DNA from: Bdellovibrionales bacterium
GTDB taxonomy: Bacteria; Bdellovibrionota; Bdellovibrionia; Bdellovibrionales; UBA1609
NCBI GenBank assembly: GCA_965219095.1
Contig: OZ244719.1
Coordinates: forward strand, 352,001-416,000
Direction of reading: 5' to 3'
DNA length: 64,000 nt
Shown here: one piece after another, positions 33,754 to 44,948 of the stretch
How the letters are laid out: each line of letters opens with the position of its first letter
Position numbering within the stretch: the stretch's first letter is position 1
Translations under genes and position numbers: made by a program
The notes under the pieces: generated by a model
Databases searched by the model: none
Seen by the model: only the letters and a program-made list of their open reading frames with translations
What the model was told of the DNA's origin: nothing

Positions 33754-34102
33754 TACAACACCGTTTTACAACAAGATCAATAAAAACTTCTTCTTTAAAA
33801 TCTAAGAAATATCCTCCTCAGTAGAAGTCAAGGGCTGTTAAAAAACCGACTTACTGTTTTTTGGCTTACACTGTCTTGAAGTATTATTTAAAAAAGATTA
33901 CATAAAAAAACCTTTTCGCATAGAAAACTCTTCCTAAACTTAAAATAACCCATCTAAAACCTAGTATGTCTAAAATCTGGAGGCAATCCAGAAAAATCTA
34001 ATATATTCAAATACTTATGATTTTTTTCATTTGCTAAAGGGCGAACTCAGGAGAAAACCAAGCTCATAATGACATGGTCATAGGTTCGTATAATGTTCGT
34101 AT

Positions 34103-34178
34103 TGGTTAGGATAAGCGGACTTGAACCGCTGACCTCTACCATGTCAAAGTAGCACTCTACCAACTGAGCTATATCCTA
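34103..34178 (-). tRNA. tRNA-Val(GAC)
   Basis: TAGGATA/TATCCTA-ACCA acceptor, anticodon loop TTGACAT, GGTTCAAGTCC T arm, 76 nt. Confidence 0.93.
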
Positions 34179-34224
34179 ACAAAGCTTTCTTTTTATAAAC
34201 TTTATGCCCTAGTATAGGGAAAGG

Positions 34225-34878
34225 TCAAGAATTACCTTGTTTTAAACACTCTTTCCAACATTCATACCACTTAAAGGCTAATTTTTTAAGATAGAAACTC
34301 TTTTTTTCTTCAGAAAAAAAGTCCTCCCCCTTAAGGTGATGGGAGAGTGTGTCCATAGAAAGATTCTCTATTCCACAAATCTTAATAGATGAAAAATCAT
34401 CCAAGTTATTGAATACATTAAGTGAAAGACCATGGGAACTTATCCCTTGTTCAAAATGACAGCCTATGAAAGCAATTTTTCCTTCATGGGTATACACACC
34501 AGGTTTTTTTAGAGAAAAATAAGAATTTATTTCATAGGTCTCCAACAAACACATAATACTTCTTAGAAGCATACCTATAAACTCTTTAGGCTTAAGACCC
34601 ATTTTTTCAAAAGCTAAAACAGGATAGATTACAAGCTGACCTTTAGAATGGACCGTGGCTTTTCCACCTCTTTTCACAGAGACAACAGGAAAAGTATTTC
34701 TTTTTAAAACATCTGATGCATTGGCTCTGACTCCTAACGTTACCACTGAAGGATGCTCTAAAGCTAGAATTTCGCCCATATAGTTACTACCTGTTTCAAA
34801 AGATTCTAAAATTTTTTTTCTATATTCTTCTTGATACTTTAAAGATTGTTTATAATTTACTCTTCCCAACCAAATCAT
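34225..34878 (-). CDS. lipB: Lipoyl(octanoyl) transferase
   Basis: EHPSVVTLG, RGGKATVH.KGQLV.YP, KIAFIG, HGLSLNV, I..CG. Confidence 0.85.
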   Translation of the reverse strand: MIWLGRVNYKQSLKYQEEYRKKILESFETGSNYMGEILALEHPSVVTLGVRANASDVLKRNTFPVVSVKRGGKATVHSKGQLVIYPVLAFEKMGLKPKEFIGMLLRSIMCLLETYEINSYFSLKKPGVYTHEGKIAFIGCHFEQGISSHGLSLNVFNNLDDFSSIKICGIENLSMDTLSHHLKGEDFFSEEKKSFYLKKLAFKWYECWKECLKQGNS

Positions 34879-34885
34879 ATAAACC

Positions 34886-36046
34886 TCACTTATTAAAGCT
34901 TAAAGATACTTCAACTCCTTGAGAGTTATAGTAAAGAAATGTAATGTGAAACGATTTAAATATTTTTTCTTTTATAAGGTGAGACAGTTTCTTAGGAGTT
35001 AACGGAGAATCCACTTTAAAAATAATTTTTTTAGGAGTGAATTTCCTTTCTTTTAAAGACTTAATCTGCCCTAAAATTTCTAATTCTTTTTTGAACTGGT
35101 AAATTTGTTTAAATGTATAACTTCCCTTTAAACTAAGAAACAGTTCGTTAAACTTAAACGATCCTCTCTTATATCCCTGTCTCATTTGTTGAATGATTTT
35201 CTGGAAGAGATGCGTTGAAGAATTTTGGAACCATTGTGATAAAACGTCTTTCATTTGACCATAATTTATTTTTTGTAAGTCCCTTATCTGAGCTAATTTA
35301 AGACCATGAACTTGTTGTGCCACAACAGACGTATCTATTGAGAACTGATTGTGGAGGGCTTGATCAATAGTTAGAGATCCGTAAATTACAATGTCTGCAT
35401 AAAAGTATTTTCCTATCTGTAAAGCTCTAGTTTCTGATATCTCTCCTTTAAAATCTTCATTCAACAAATAATACATACGAGATTGAATGGGGGAAAAAAG
35501 ATAGTATTGCTCCTTTTTAAAGGTTTCTGTTGCCTTATGATGAAAAACAAGCATCTTTTTTTCAAGAAAAGATTTATGAGAACTCGGTTCATCTCTCCAC
35601 CAAGAAAAAGACTCTGAACTCTTTTTTTCTTTAAGACTTATAAGAAGTAAAACTTTCTGATACATTTTGTCATTATAAAAAAGACCTCTCTCAACAAGAA
35701 TTTTTGTTAAATGATCCAATGAAAGAGAAAGGAATACTTTAAATTTATAGCCTGTTTTTATCTTAAAAGGCTTCGAGGTCTTCACAGAATAAATATAAAG
35801 ATGAGAGTCTTTTATAATTTTTCTAATAACTTGTTTGTTTTTATTAGCCTTTTCAACTCCAATGATCTCATGAATGTATTTTAAAGACATTTTTTCTACA
35901 GCTTTTTCTAAAACTTCTTTTCTAGCCAGAGAAAGCTGTGAAAGAGTTGTTTCCTGTTCTTGTATCACCTGTAAAATCTGACTAGCCGAACTCAAAAAGT
36001 TAAGGAAAAAGACAGTAAAAAAAAGAACTTTCATAAAACAACTCAT
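34886..36046 (-). CDS. Hypothetical exported protein
   Basis: Long ORF with signal peptide in operon context. Confidence 0.7.
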   Translation of the reverse strand: MSCFMKVLFFTVFFLNFLSSASQILQVIQEQETTLSQLSLARKEVLEKAVEKMSLKYIHEIIGVEKANKNKQVIRKIIKDSHLYIYSVKTSKPFKIKTGYKFKVFLSLSLDHLTKILVERGLFYNDKMYQKVLLLISLKEKKSSESFSWWRDEPSSHKSFLEKKMLVFHHKATETFKKEQYYLFSPIQSRMYYLLNEDFKGEISETRALQIGKYFYADIVIYGSLTIDQALHNQFSIDTSVVAQQVHGLKLAQIRDLQKINYGQMKDVLSQWFQNSSTHLFQKIIQQMRQGYKRGSFKFNELFLSLKGSYTFKQIYQFKKELEILGQIKSLKERKFTPKKIIFKVDSPLTPKKLSHLIKEKIFKSFHITFLYYNSQGVEVSLSFNK

Positions 36047-36102
36047 TAGTTTTTATTCAGAAGCCTAAATTGCATCTTTACCTTTTTCTTTTAAAAATTT
36101 TT

Positions 36103-39100
36103 TCATAAAATCTCCACATGAGATGACTTTCCCATAATGTTATAAAAAGATTCAAAAAGTTCTATAGAAGGTTTTACTTTTAAAGACCCTTCAAAATTAA
36201 AATCTACCTTTTGAGAAAGTTTTTTCAAATGAACTCTAAGTCCTAAGGGAGTCTGTCCTTTATACTGAATAAAAAGTTTTTGTAACTCTTTCATTTTTTG
36301 AGCTTTATTGATTTTATCGTCTTCTTTAATATTAAAAACCACTTTTCTAGTTTGGTTCATTTTATCTAAAACACTTTCAATCTTATCTACAATTACTTTA
36401 TTTTTCTCTTTTCCTATTTTTCCATAAACCACTAAAGGAATTTGACTTTTTAACAAAAACTCATACTCATTATAACAATCACTGAAAACGACGAGTTCAA
36501 TAAAACCATCTAAATTTTCTAAACGAACAAAAGCCATTCTCTTTCCCTTTTTGGTAAAAAACTCTTTTTTATGACCTACAAGACCCACTAAAATGACATT
36601 ATCTTCATTTTTTAAACTTTTCAAATCTGAAGTGAATAAAGCTCCCCATTTCTGTTGAGTTACAAAACGTTTCCAAACTTGGAGAGGATGACCTGTGAGA
36701 TAAAGTCCTAAAACTTCTTTTTCATAAGCTAATTGGATTTGAGTGGTCCACTTTTCACAGTCCTTTATTTTCACAGTTTGTTCTTCTTTAAAACTCTCAT
36801 GAAGAGAAAAAAGACTGGTTTGACCTATTTCTTTTTCTTCCTTCTGCTTCTCAGCACGTTTTACAAAAATATCAAAGTGTTTCAATAATTGATGACGATG
36901 ATAAGAAAAACCGTCCAAAGCTCCTGCTTTAATCAAACTTTCAATCGTCTTTTTGTTAACCCTTCTTAAGTCTACGTTTTCAAAAAATTGCTCTAAACTC
37001 TCAAAAAAACCTCTAAGAATATTCTTCCGTGCCTCTAAGATAGCCTCCACAGCACTTTGCCCCACGCCTTTAATAGCCCCTAATGAAAAGAAAATCATCT
37101 CTTGTTTGACTGTAAATTTATAATCTGAATGGTTGATATGAGGGGGTTTAATTTCAAGACCTCTTTTATGAGCATCTTTAATATAAAAAGATAACTTTTC
37201 AGTATCATTCATTTCTGTGCTAAATAAAGCTGCATAAAATTCCTCAGGATAATTCTTTTTTAAATAAGCTGTTTGAGCTGAAAGCACACAATAAGCAGCT
37301 GCATGGCTTTTGTTAAATCCGTATTTAGCAAACTCAGCCATAGTATCAAACAACTGGCTTGATTTTTTCTCATCATATTTATTTTTCCTTGCCCCTTTCA
37401 AAAACCTTTCTTTTTGTTTAGCCATTTTTTGAGTTTCTTTTTTTCCCATAGCTTTTCTTAAAATATCAGCTTCTCCTAAACTATAGTTAGCTATTTTAGC
37501 AGCAATGAATTGTACTTGTTCTTGGTACACAATAACTCCAAGTGTTTCTTTCAAAATATCTTCTAACTCCTCAAAGATATAAGAAATTTTTTCAGGATGT
37601 TTTTTTCTTTCAATATAATCGGGAATTTTCTCCATAGGACCAGGTCTATAAAGAGCATTAATAGCCATAATGTCTTTAAAACTTTCAGGCTTAACTTTTT
37701 TTATCACTTCTGTTACCCCTTGACCTTCAAATTGAAAAACCCCTGCTGTATCTCCTTTTGAAAGAAGTTCATAAATTCCTTTATCAAATATGTCTATATT
37801 ATCAATACTTAAGGGTTTTTTATTGTTATTATGGATTAAATTCAAACTCTCATGAATATGAGTTAGAGTTTTTAAACCTAAAAAATCAAACTTCACAAGA
37901 CCTATTTTTTCAGCACTTTTCATATCATACTGAATCACATTGTCTCCCTCTGCTCCCTTATAAAGAGGAGCATGGGAGACAATGTTTCCATCAGCAATAA
38001 TCACACCTGCAGCATGAATGCTCGCATGCCTTACCACTCCTTCTATTTTTTTAGCTAACTCAAAGAGTCTTTCAATAGAGGAATCTTCATCAATCATAGT
38101 TTTCAAACGTGGTTCTTTTTTAATAGATTCAGAAAGTGTAATTTTTAATACATCAGGAATCAGCTTAGCCACGTTATCAACCCTATCGTAAGTCATACCC
38201 AGAACACGACCTACATCTCTTAACGCAGCTCTTGCTTGAAGCCTCCCATAGGTTATAATGTGACTCACATTTTCTTTTGAATACTTTTGTTCTACATAAG
38301 ATAAAACTTTATGACGGTTTTCTTGACAGAAATCAATATCAAAATCAGGAAGAGAAATTCTTTCTGGATTTAAAAATCTTTCAAAAATAAGACCTAAAGG
38401 AAGAGGATCTAAAGCTGTAATGCCCAAACAATAAGCCACTAAAGACCCTGCTCCTGAACCTCGTCCTGGTCCAACAGGAACACCATTATTTTTGGACCAA
38501 TTTACAAAATCTTGAACGATAAGAAAATAGCCTGCAAAACCCATCTCCCCTATAATTTGAATCTCTTTCTCAATCCTTTGATAATATACATTTTGTTTTA
38601 ACTTAGGGATGTTTTTTGCTTTTAATCCTTTTATAGTAAGTTCTCTTAATTCTTTAATAGAATCTTTTTTCTTACTATAAGAAGGGAGGTGATAGATGGG
38701 ATGTCCTTTTTTATCCTTTAATACAAACTCAATATTACACCTATCAGCTATTTCCAAGGTGTTAGATAGTGCTTCCGGGTACTGTCTAAAAAGTTCTTTC
38801 ATCTCCTCAGAACTTTTAAAATAAAATTGATCAGAGCCTAAACGATATCGCGTTTCATCTTGTAAGGTTTTATTACTACCTATACAAACTAAAACTTCCT
38901 GAGCAATTTGTTCATCTTGATTCAGATAATGAACGTTATTAGTTGCAACCAGAGGAATGTCTAGCTTTTTAGAATTATCATAAAGAAACTCATTAAACTG
39001 ATGGCATTCAGGTAAATTCAAAGTCATCTCCAAATAAAAACGATCTTCATAAACTTTCTTGTACCATTTGATTCTTTGCTCACAAGCCTCTTTTCCTTTC

Positions 39101-39555
39101 TCAAAAAAAGTATCCGCCACATCACCCTTTAAGCTTCCGGAAAGAGCTATGATATTTTTATTATATTTTTTTAAAATTTCATCATCAATTCGTGGAACAT
39201 AATAAAATCCCTCCTGATAGCCAAGAGAGCTTATCTGACATAAATTCTGATAACCCTTATAGTTTTGAGCTAAAAGAACTAGATGGTTTGTTTTACGATA
39301 TTCATTTTGTTTTTTATAACGTCCATGAACAGCTCTGTACACTTCCATACCTAAAATAGGCTTGATTTCATACTCTTTAGCTAAAAGATAAAACTCTATA
39401 GCTCCAAACATATTACCATAATCCGTAAGAGCCACACTAGGCATTCCATACTCTTTACATCTTGAAACTAAGTCTTTGATAAAAAGAGGTGATTGAAGTA
39501 AAGAGTACTCTGAATGTGTGTGCAAATGTACAAATGACATGTCTATTACTCCCAT
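36103..39555 (-). CDS. dnaE: DNA polymerase III alpha subunit (probable start 39540)
   Basis: FVHLHTHSEYSLL PHP domain, GRGSGAGS, PDFDIDF, YGFNKSHA. Confidence 0.97.
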   Translation of the reverse strand: MGVIDMSFVHLHTHSEYSLLQSPLFIKDLVSRCKEYGMPSVALTDYGNMFGAIEFYLLAKEYEIKPILGMEVYRAVHGRYKKQNEYRKTNHLVLLAQNYKGYQNLCQISSLGYQEGFYYVPRIDDEILKKYNKNIIALSGSLKGDVADTFFEKGKEACEQRIKWYKKVYEDRFYLEMTLNLPECHQFNEFLYDNSKKLDIPLVATNNVHYLNQDEQIAQEVLVCIGSNKTLQDETRYRLGSDQFYFKSSEEMKELFRQYPEALSNTLEIADRCNIEFVLKDKKGHPIYHLPSYSKKKDSIKELRELTIKGLKAKNIPKLKQNVYYQRIEKEIQIIGEMGFAGYFLIVQDFVNWSKNNGVPVGPGRGSGAGSLVAYCLGITALDPLPLGLIFERFLNPERISLPDFDIDFCQENRHKVLSYVEQKYSKENVSHIITYGRLQARAALRDVGRVLGMTYDRVDNVAKLIPDVLKITLSESIKKEPRLKTMIDEDSSIERLFELAKKIEGVVRHASIHAAGVIIADGNIVSHAPLYKGAEGDNVIQYDMKSAEKIGLVKFDFLGLKTLTHIHESLNLIHNNNKKPLSIDNIDIFDKGIYELLSKGDTAGVFQFEGQGVTEVIKKVKPESFKDIMAINALYRPGPMEKIPDYIERKKHPEKISYIFEELEDILKETLGVIVYQEQVQFIAAKIANYSLGEADILRKAMGKKETQKMAKQKERFLKGARKNKYDEKKSSQLFDTMAEFAKYGFNKSHAAAYCVLSAQTAYLKKNYPEEFYAALFSTEMNDTEKLSFYIKDAHKRGLEIKPPHINHSDYKFTVKQEMIFFSLGAIKGVGQSAVEAILEARKNILRGFFESLEQFFENVDLRRVNKKTIESLIKAGALDGFSYHRHQLLKHFDIFVKRAEKQKEEKEIGQTSLFSLHESFKEEQTVKIKDCEKWTTQIQLAYEKEVLGLYLTGHPLQVWKRFVTQQKWGALFTSDLKSLKNEDNVILVGLVGHKKEFFTKKGKRMAFVRLENLDGFIELVVFSDCYNEYEFLLKSQIPLVVYGKIGKEKNKVIVDKIESVLDKMNQTRKVVFNIKEDDKINKAQKMKELQKLFIQYKGQTPLGLRVHLKKLSQKVDFNFEGSLKVKPSIELFESFYNIMGKSSHVEIL

Positions 39556-41075
39556 TCAATAGTTCCTGGTGGTTTGCTTGTTATATCATAAACCACTCTG
39601 TTAATGCCTTCGACTTCATTAGTAAGGCGGTTAGATAATTTTCTTAAAAAAGAGGAGGGAATGTCAAACCAATCGCATGTCATGCCATCTAAAGATGTGA
39701 CAGCCCTTAGAGCTAAAACATGTTCATAGGTACGAAAATCTCCCTGAACTCCCACGGTTTTTGTAGGTAAAAGCACACAAAAAGCTTGCCATATATAGTC
39801 GTAAAGGCCTTCTTTCTTAAGTTCCTTTAAGAAAATAGAGTCTGCTTTCTTTAAAATCATAAGCTTTGCTTCAGTGACCTCCCCTAAAATGCGTATAGCA
39901 AGACCTGGGCCTGGGAAAGGGTGGCGGTATAAAAATTCTCTTTCAATACCCAGTTCTTCTCCTATTTTACGCACTTCGTCTTTAAATAATTCCCTCAAAG
40001 GTTCCACAATTTTTAAATCAAGCTTTTCAGGAAGCCCTCCCACATTATGGTGAGTTTTGATCACAGCACTTTGTCCGTAAACAGCTACACTCTCTACTCG
40101 ATCAGGATACAAAGTCCCCTGGGCTAACCATTCTATCTGAGAATAAAAGTGTTTTTTTATGTACTTTTCAAACTCTTCAATAAATGTATGACCTATAATC
40201 TTTCTTTTTTTCTCAGGATCTATTACACTTTTTAACTTCTTTAAGAAAAGAGATCTTGCTTCTATAAGATCTAAAGAGAAATTTAGTTTCTTATAATTTT
40301 CCAAAATTGAAAAAACCTCTTCTTGTCTTAAAAGACCTGTGTCCACTAAAACACCTTGAACACGATCTTTACCTAAAGCTTCACACAGTAAAGCCATCGA
40401 TACAGTGGAATCCACTCCTCCGCTTAAAGCACACAGGATTTTACCCTTTCCATGTACCTGAGTTTTTAAATGATCTATGATTAGTTTTTTTTGCATTTTC
40501 ACTTGCCATAAACGGGGGGCCTTACACATATCAAAAACAAAATGTTTTAATAGATCTATCCCATTTTCTGTGTGGCTGACTTCAGGATGAAACTGAACTG
40601 CTAAAAGAGGATTCTTTGACTGAGAACTTCTAACACTGGCTATATGGTGGGATTGAGAATGGGCTAGAATTTCAAAATTTGAAGGGGCTTTTTTGACAAT
40701 ATCACCATGACTCATCCAAACATTTTTAATCTTTTTAAAAAGATGGTTTGAACTTGAGATACAATTCAAACCATACTCTCTTTTATTTGTTTTTTGAACC
40801 TCTCCTCCTAGTTGATGACATATAAGTTGCATTCCGTAACAAATTCCTAAAAGAGGAGCCTTATCCCAATACTCTTGAACATTAATATAAGGAGCCTTTT
40901 TATCATAAACTGAAAAAGGGCCTCCGCTGAGAATAAAACCACAAGCCCCTTCAAGATCCTTTATTTTTGTAGAAAAAGAAACCACCTCTACAAAGATTTT
41001 AAGCTCTCTAAGACGACGTACAATGAGTTGGGTGTATTGGGAGCCAAAATCTAAAACAAAAATGCTAGGACTCAT
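39546..41075 (-). CDS. guaA: GMP synthase
   Basis: LDFGSQY, GICYGMQ, SGGVDS, PFPGPGL, KPPGTIEWE. Confidence 0.97.
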   Translation of the reverse strand: MSPSIFVLDFGSQYTQLIVRRLRELKIFVEVVSFSTKIKDLEGACGFILSGGPFSVYDKKAPYINVQEYWDKAPLLGICYGMQLICHQLGGEVQKTNKREYGLNCISSSNHLFKKIKNVWMSHGDIVKKAPSNFEILAHSQSHHIASVRSSQSKNPLLAVQFHPEVSHTENGIDLLKHFVFDMCKAPRLWQVKMQKKLIIDHLKTQVHGKGKILCALSGGVDSTVSMALLCEALGKDRVQGVLVDTGLLRQEEVFSILENYKKLNFSLDLIEARSLFLKKLKSVIDPEKKRKIIGHTFIEEFEKYIKKHFYSQIEWLAQGTLYPDRVESVAVYGQSAVIKTHHNVGGLPEKLDLKIVEPLRELFKDEVRKIGEELGIEREFLYRHPFPGPGLAIRILGEVTEAKLMILKKADSIFLKELKKEGLYDYIWQAFCVLLPTKTVGVQGDFRTYEHVLALRAVTSLDGMTCDWFDIPSSFLRKLSNRLTNEVEGINRVVYDITSKPPGTIEWE

Positions 41076-41236
41076 AAGTCATTGTAGCTTATGTAAATCT
41101 AGGTTTCTTTAGTTAGGGCAGAGTGTTATCTTTTGATAAAATTGGTAGGAGTTGGAGCCTGAAATGAGCCTGTAAATTAAATTGTGTAACTGATTTTTTC
41201 ATTTGTATACGAATATCTCTTTGTAAGATCCACAAT

Positions 41237-42313
41237 TTACAGCACTTTTGAGTTAACTTTTAATTTTTCAGCTTGAAAGTAAGTGTTGAGAGGTTCGGTA
41301 AGATAATTGAGTTCACCTTCCATTACCTCCTTCAACCTATGACTTGTAAAATTGATTCTGTGATCAGTGATTCGAGTTTGAGGGAAATTATACGTTCGAA
41401 TCCTCTCAGAACGATCTCCTGTACCTATTTGAGCTAAGCGTGCTTTAGAGGCTTCTTTTTGATTTTTTTCTTCCTCCAAAACTTTCAGGCGAGCGTAAAG
41501 AACTTTAAAGGCCTGCTGTTTGTTAGAGTGTTGGGACTTGCCATCTTGACAGGTAACAATAAGCCCTGTAGGAAGATGAGTCAGCCTCACAGCAGAATCA
41601 GTGGTATTAACAGATTGTCCTCCATGGCCACTTGATCGATACACATCAACACGTACATCCGAAGGATTCACTTCAATCTCTGCTTCCTCTACTTCTGGCA
41701 AAACAGCTACTGTAATCGTTGAAGTATGAACCCTTCCTTGAGACTCTGTCTTAGGAACTCTTTGAACTCTATGTACTCCACTTTCATACTTCATAAAACT
41801 ATAGACTAAATCTCCTGAAATGTTGGAAATGATCTCTTTCATCCCCCCTGCATTACCTTCAGAAGAATTAAGAATTTTTACAATCCACCTCCTTTTTCCT
41901 GCAAACAAAGAATAAGCTTTGAAAAGCTCCTGAACAAACAAACTCGCCTCATCACCCCCCGCCCCTGCTCTCATCTCTAAAATAATATTCTTTTCATTAT
42001 GAGGATCTTTAGGAAGAAGTAAAAGCTTTAACTCTTCTGAAATTTTATTTAAAACTTTCTGTCCTTCTTGAATCTCTTCTTTGGCCAAATTCCTTAAGCT
42101 TTCATCTTGTTCCAATTCTAAAATCTCTTTTGCCGATTTTATATCCTTTTGTATTTTTTCATAAAATTCATAAACAGAGACGATTTTCTCGATACGTTTT
42201 ATCTCTTTCATAAGATCACGAATCTTGTTGGAATCACTTGCATATTCTGGATTCTCTAATTGTTGCTTTAAAGAATAAAACTTTCTTTTAATTTCATTTA
42301 ATGTTTCAAACAT
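41237..42313 (-). CDS. prfA: Peptide chain release factor 1
   Basis: PKT tripeptide, GGQ, RIRTYNFPQ. Confidence 0.97.
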   Translation of the reverse strand: MFETLNEIKRKFYSLKQQLENPEYASDSNKIRDLMKEIKRIEKIVSVYEFYEKIQKDIKSAKEILELEQDESLRNLAKEEIQEGQKVLNKISEELKLLLLPKDPHNEKNIILEMRAGAGGDEASLFVQELFKAYSLFAGKRRWIVKILNSSEGNAGGMKEIISNISGDLVYSFMKYESGVHRVQRVPKTESQGRVHTSTITVAVLPEVEEAEIEVNPSDVRVDVYRSSGHGGQSVNTTDSAVRLTHLPTGLIVTCQDGKSQHSNKQQAFKVLYARLKVLEEEKNQKEASKARLAQIGTGDRSERIRTYNFPQTRITDHRINFTSHRLKEVMEGELNYLTEPLNTYFQAEKLKVNSKVL

Positions 42314-42324
42314 AGTAGAAAAAC

Positions 42325-43824
42325 TTAGTTGTTGCCAGACATAGAATTTAAAAATTCCTCATTAGACTTAGTTTTCCCTAATTTATCTAAAAGAAATTCC
42401 ATACTATCTACAGGACTCATAGGAGCAAGAACTTTTCTCAAAATCCATAGTCTGTTAAGCGTGTTAGGTTTCACAAGTAAGTCTTCCTTTCTTGTACCTG
42501 ATTTGTTAATATCCATACAGGGAAAGATTCTTTTTTCCATAAGTTTACGATCAAGAAGAATCTCTGCATTTCCTGTTCCTTTAAACTCCTCAAAGATCAC
42601 CTCATCCATACGAGAACCTGTATCAATAAGGGCTGTAGCAACGATTGTTAGACTTCCTGCATTTTCTATATTTCTTGCAGCTCCAAAGAATCGTTTCGGT
42701 TTATGAAGAGCATTGGAATCCACTCCTCCTGAAAGAATTTTTCCAGAAGGGGGGACTACAGTGTTGTAAGCTCTTGCTAATCTTGTAATGGAATCTAACA
42801 AAATTACCACGTCATGCTTATGCTCTACAAGCCTTTTTGCCTTTTCTATGACCATTTCAGCAACCTGTACGTGTCTTTGTGGAGGTTCATCAAACGTTGA
42901 ACTCACAACCTCTCCTTTAACAGCACGACTCATATCTGTCACCTCTTCAGGACGTTCATCAATTAATAAAATAATTAAAGTCACCTCAGGATGATTCCCT
43001 GAAATAGCATGAGCGATGTTTTGAAGTAAAACTGTTTTTCCTGTTCGAGGAGGAGCTACAATCAAAGCTCTCTGTCCCTTCCCTAAAGGGGCCATAAGAT
43101 CCACAACTCTAGTTGTAAAAATGTTAGGATCTGTTTCTAGAATCAAACGTTTTTCCGGATAAAGGGGTATGAGATTATCAAATAAAATTTTATTTTTACT
43201 TTTTTCTAAAGGTTCATTATTAAGAGTATCAATCTTCAATAAAGCAAAATACTTCTCTCCTTCTTTAGGAGTGGGAGGACGAACAGTTCCAGAAATCGAA
43301 TCTCCTTTTTTCAATCCAAAACGACGAATTTGAGCGGGACTTACATAAATGTCATCCGGCCCAGGGAAGTAGTTATAATCTCCTGACCTTAAAAATCCAT
43401 AACCTTCATTAAGAATCTCTAAAACACCACTTCCAAAGATATCTCCCAGTTGAGCTGCACGTCTAAGTATGTTAAAGACCATATCTTGTCTTCGCATACC
43501 TGTGATATTTTCAATCTTAAGTTTATTGCCAAGCACTGATAACTCTCCAATATCCTTAACCCGTAAAACCTTAGCATAAAGATCTTTTTTTTCTGCTTCT
43601 GTCAAGTTGATATCACTTAAATCAACTTGTTCTTCTTCTGAAACATTAAAAACAGGAGCAGAAGCCTCTTTTCTTTCTGACAAAGAGCCATTGCTATAGC
43701 TTCTTTGATGATTTTTCTTATAATGACCCCCTTGACGTGATGTACCCCCTACTCTTCTGCGATTCTTTGATGTGCCTTGGTTTTCCGAAGGATTTCTACT
43801 TTGCTTAGTGCCTTGATTTGACAT
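42325..43824 (-). CDS. rho: Transcription termination factor Rho with N-terminal extension
   Basis: [36 protein letters not shown]. Confidence 0.97.
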   Translation of the reverse strand: MSNQGTKQSRNPSENQGTSKNRRRVGGTSRQGGHYKKNHQRSYSNGSLSERKEASAPVFNVSEEEQVDLSDINLTEAEKKDLYAKVLRVKDIGELSVLGNKLKIENITGMRRQDMVFNILRRAAQLGDIFGSGVLEILNEGYGFLRSGDYNYFPGPDDIYVSPAQIRRFGLKKGDSISGTVRPPTPKEGEKYFALLKIDTLNNEPLEKSKNKILFDNLIPLYPEKRLILETDPNIFTTRVVDLMAPLGKGQRALIVAPPRTGKTVLLQNIAHAISGNHPEVTLIILLIDERPEEVTDMSRAVKGEVVSSTFDEPPQRHVQVAEMVIEKAKRLVEHKHDVVILLDSITRLARAYNTVVPPSGKILSGGVDSNALHKPKRFFGAARNIENAGSLTIVATALIDTGSRMDEVIFEEFKGTGNAEILLDRKLMEKRIFPCMDINKSGTRKEDLLVKPNTLNRLWILRKVLAPMSPVDSMEFLLDKLGKTKSNEEFLNSMSGNN

Positions 43825-43945
43825 GCCTTTACTCCTTATCGTTTTTTATAACTGATTTTCTAAAGTATATAAAGTTTTTAAAAAAAGAACTCAAATATCT
43901 CTACTTCACCTTTTATAATAACACAAGCTCCAAGTTATTGCAAGA

Positions 43946-44929
43946 TTAAAGATTGCCCTCTAGAGCTTGTGCTAGCTTTTTTGTAGGCTCTAAGTGCTCC
44001 ATAATGATTTTGAAGCTTACCGTCAAAGGTATAGCCAAAAAAACTCCTACAATCCCTAAAACAACTCCCCAGAAAAGAAGACTTAAAAGAGCCACAATAG
44101 GGTGTATCCCCATACTCTTCCCCAACATCTTAGGCTCTAAAAAACTGCCTAGAACCATTTGAATGAGAAAGGAAAATAAGAAAACACCATAAAACACATA
44201 AGAAAAACCACTATGGAGCCATATGAAGGGAAGAGGGAGCATTACAGCAAATAAAGAGCCTATAGTAGGGATAAAATTCAAAAGGAAAGTTAAAAACCCA
44301 AACATTAAAGCCATTTTAACCCCAAAAAGAAATAAAACAAGTCCTATTAAAAAACCTGTAAGAAGAGAAATAAAAATTTTAATAGAGATGTAAAGGGAAA
44401 TATTCTTCTGTATTTTTAAAATAATAGGGTTTCGTGTTTTACGAGAGTTTGCTCCACTTACAAGAAAGATAAGAAAAATGAAAATAAGAGATAGATTTCC
44501 TAAAATACCTAAAAAACCTCCACTAAGTTTTCTCACAAAGGTCAAAACATAATCTTGAGATACCATTGATTGAATTTCACTAAATGCTAAATTGACATTC
44601 CATTGTTTAAGTCTCAACTCTACATCTGATAAAATCACTGAAATCCTCTGTTTGTAAAAATCTTGCTCTTGTAAAAAAACCTCAATTGATTGAGAAATTA
44701 GAAAAAAAAATAAAACTCCTAAGAGAAAGAAAAAAAGAGACATCACCACAACAGCAAGCCATCTTGGTAAACAAAATTTAAATTCCAACCATTGAAGCGG
44801 GGGGAGAGAAACCATATAACAAAAAATAGAAAGTACAAATGGAATAAGGACAGATTTCATGGCCATAAGAGAGATTGTAGCCGCCATAAGCGTAAGAAAA
44901 AGCAAACATCCTGTTTGAAATTGATTCAT
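43946..44929 (-). CDS. AI-2E family transporter
   Basis: Multi-TM; LNFIPTIGS, LEPKMLG, GVFLAIPLT. Confidence 0.85.
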   Translation of the reverse strand: MNQFQTGCLLFLTLMAATISLMAMKSVLIPFVLSIFCYMVSLPPLQWLEFKFCLPRWLAVVVMSLFFFLLGVLFFFLISQSIEVFLQEQDFYKQRISVILSDVELRLKQWNVNLAFSEIQSMVSQDYVLTFVRKLSGGFLGILGNLSLIFIFLIFLVSGANSRKTRNPIILKIQKNISLYISIKIFISLLTGFLIGLVLFLFGVKMALMFGFLTFLLNFIPTIGSLFAVMLPLPFIWLHSGFSYVFYGVFLFSFLIQMVLGSFLEPKMLGKSMGIHPIVALLSLLFWGVVLGIVGVFLAIPLTVSFKIIMEHLEPTKKLAQALEGNL

Positions 44930-44948
44930 TCCTTATTAATTATCCAAT

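Larger units (their letters stand above)
28592..33756 (+). mobile_element. IS66-family element B with nested IS3 and IS630
   Basis: Left end GTAACTCGG; right end ...CGTCTTAC appears split by IS630 at its TA; no TSD seen. Confidence 0.7.

Noticed and set aside
41076..41160. guaB remnant upstream of guaA
   Set aside because: Only a few residues of resemblance with stops; not supportable
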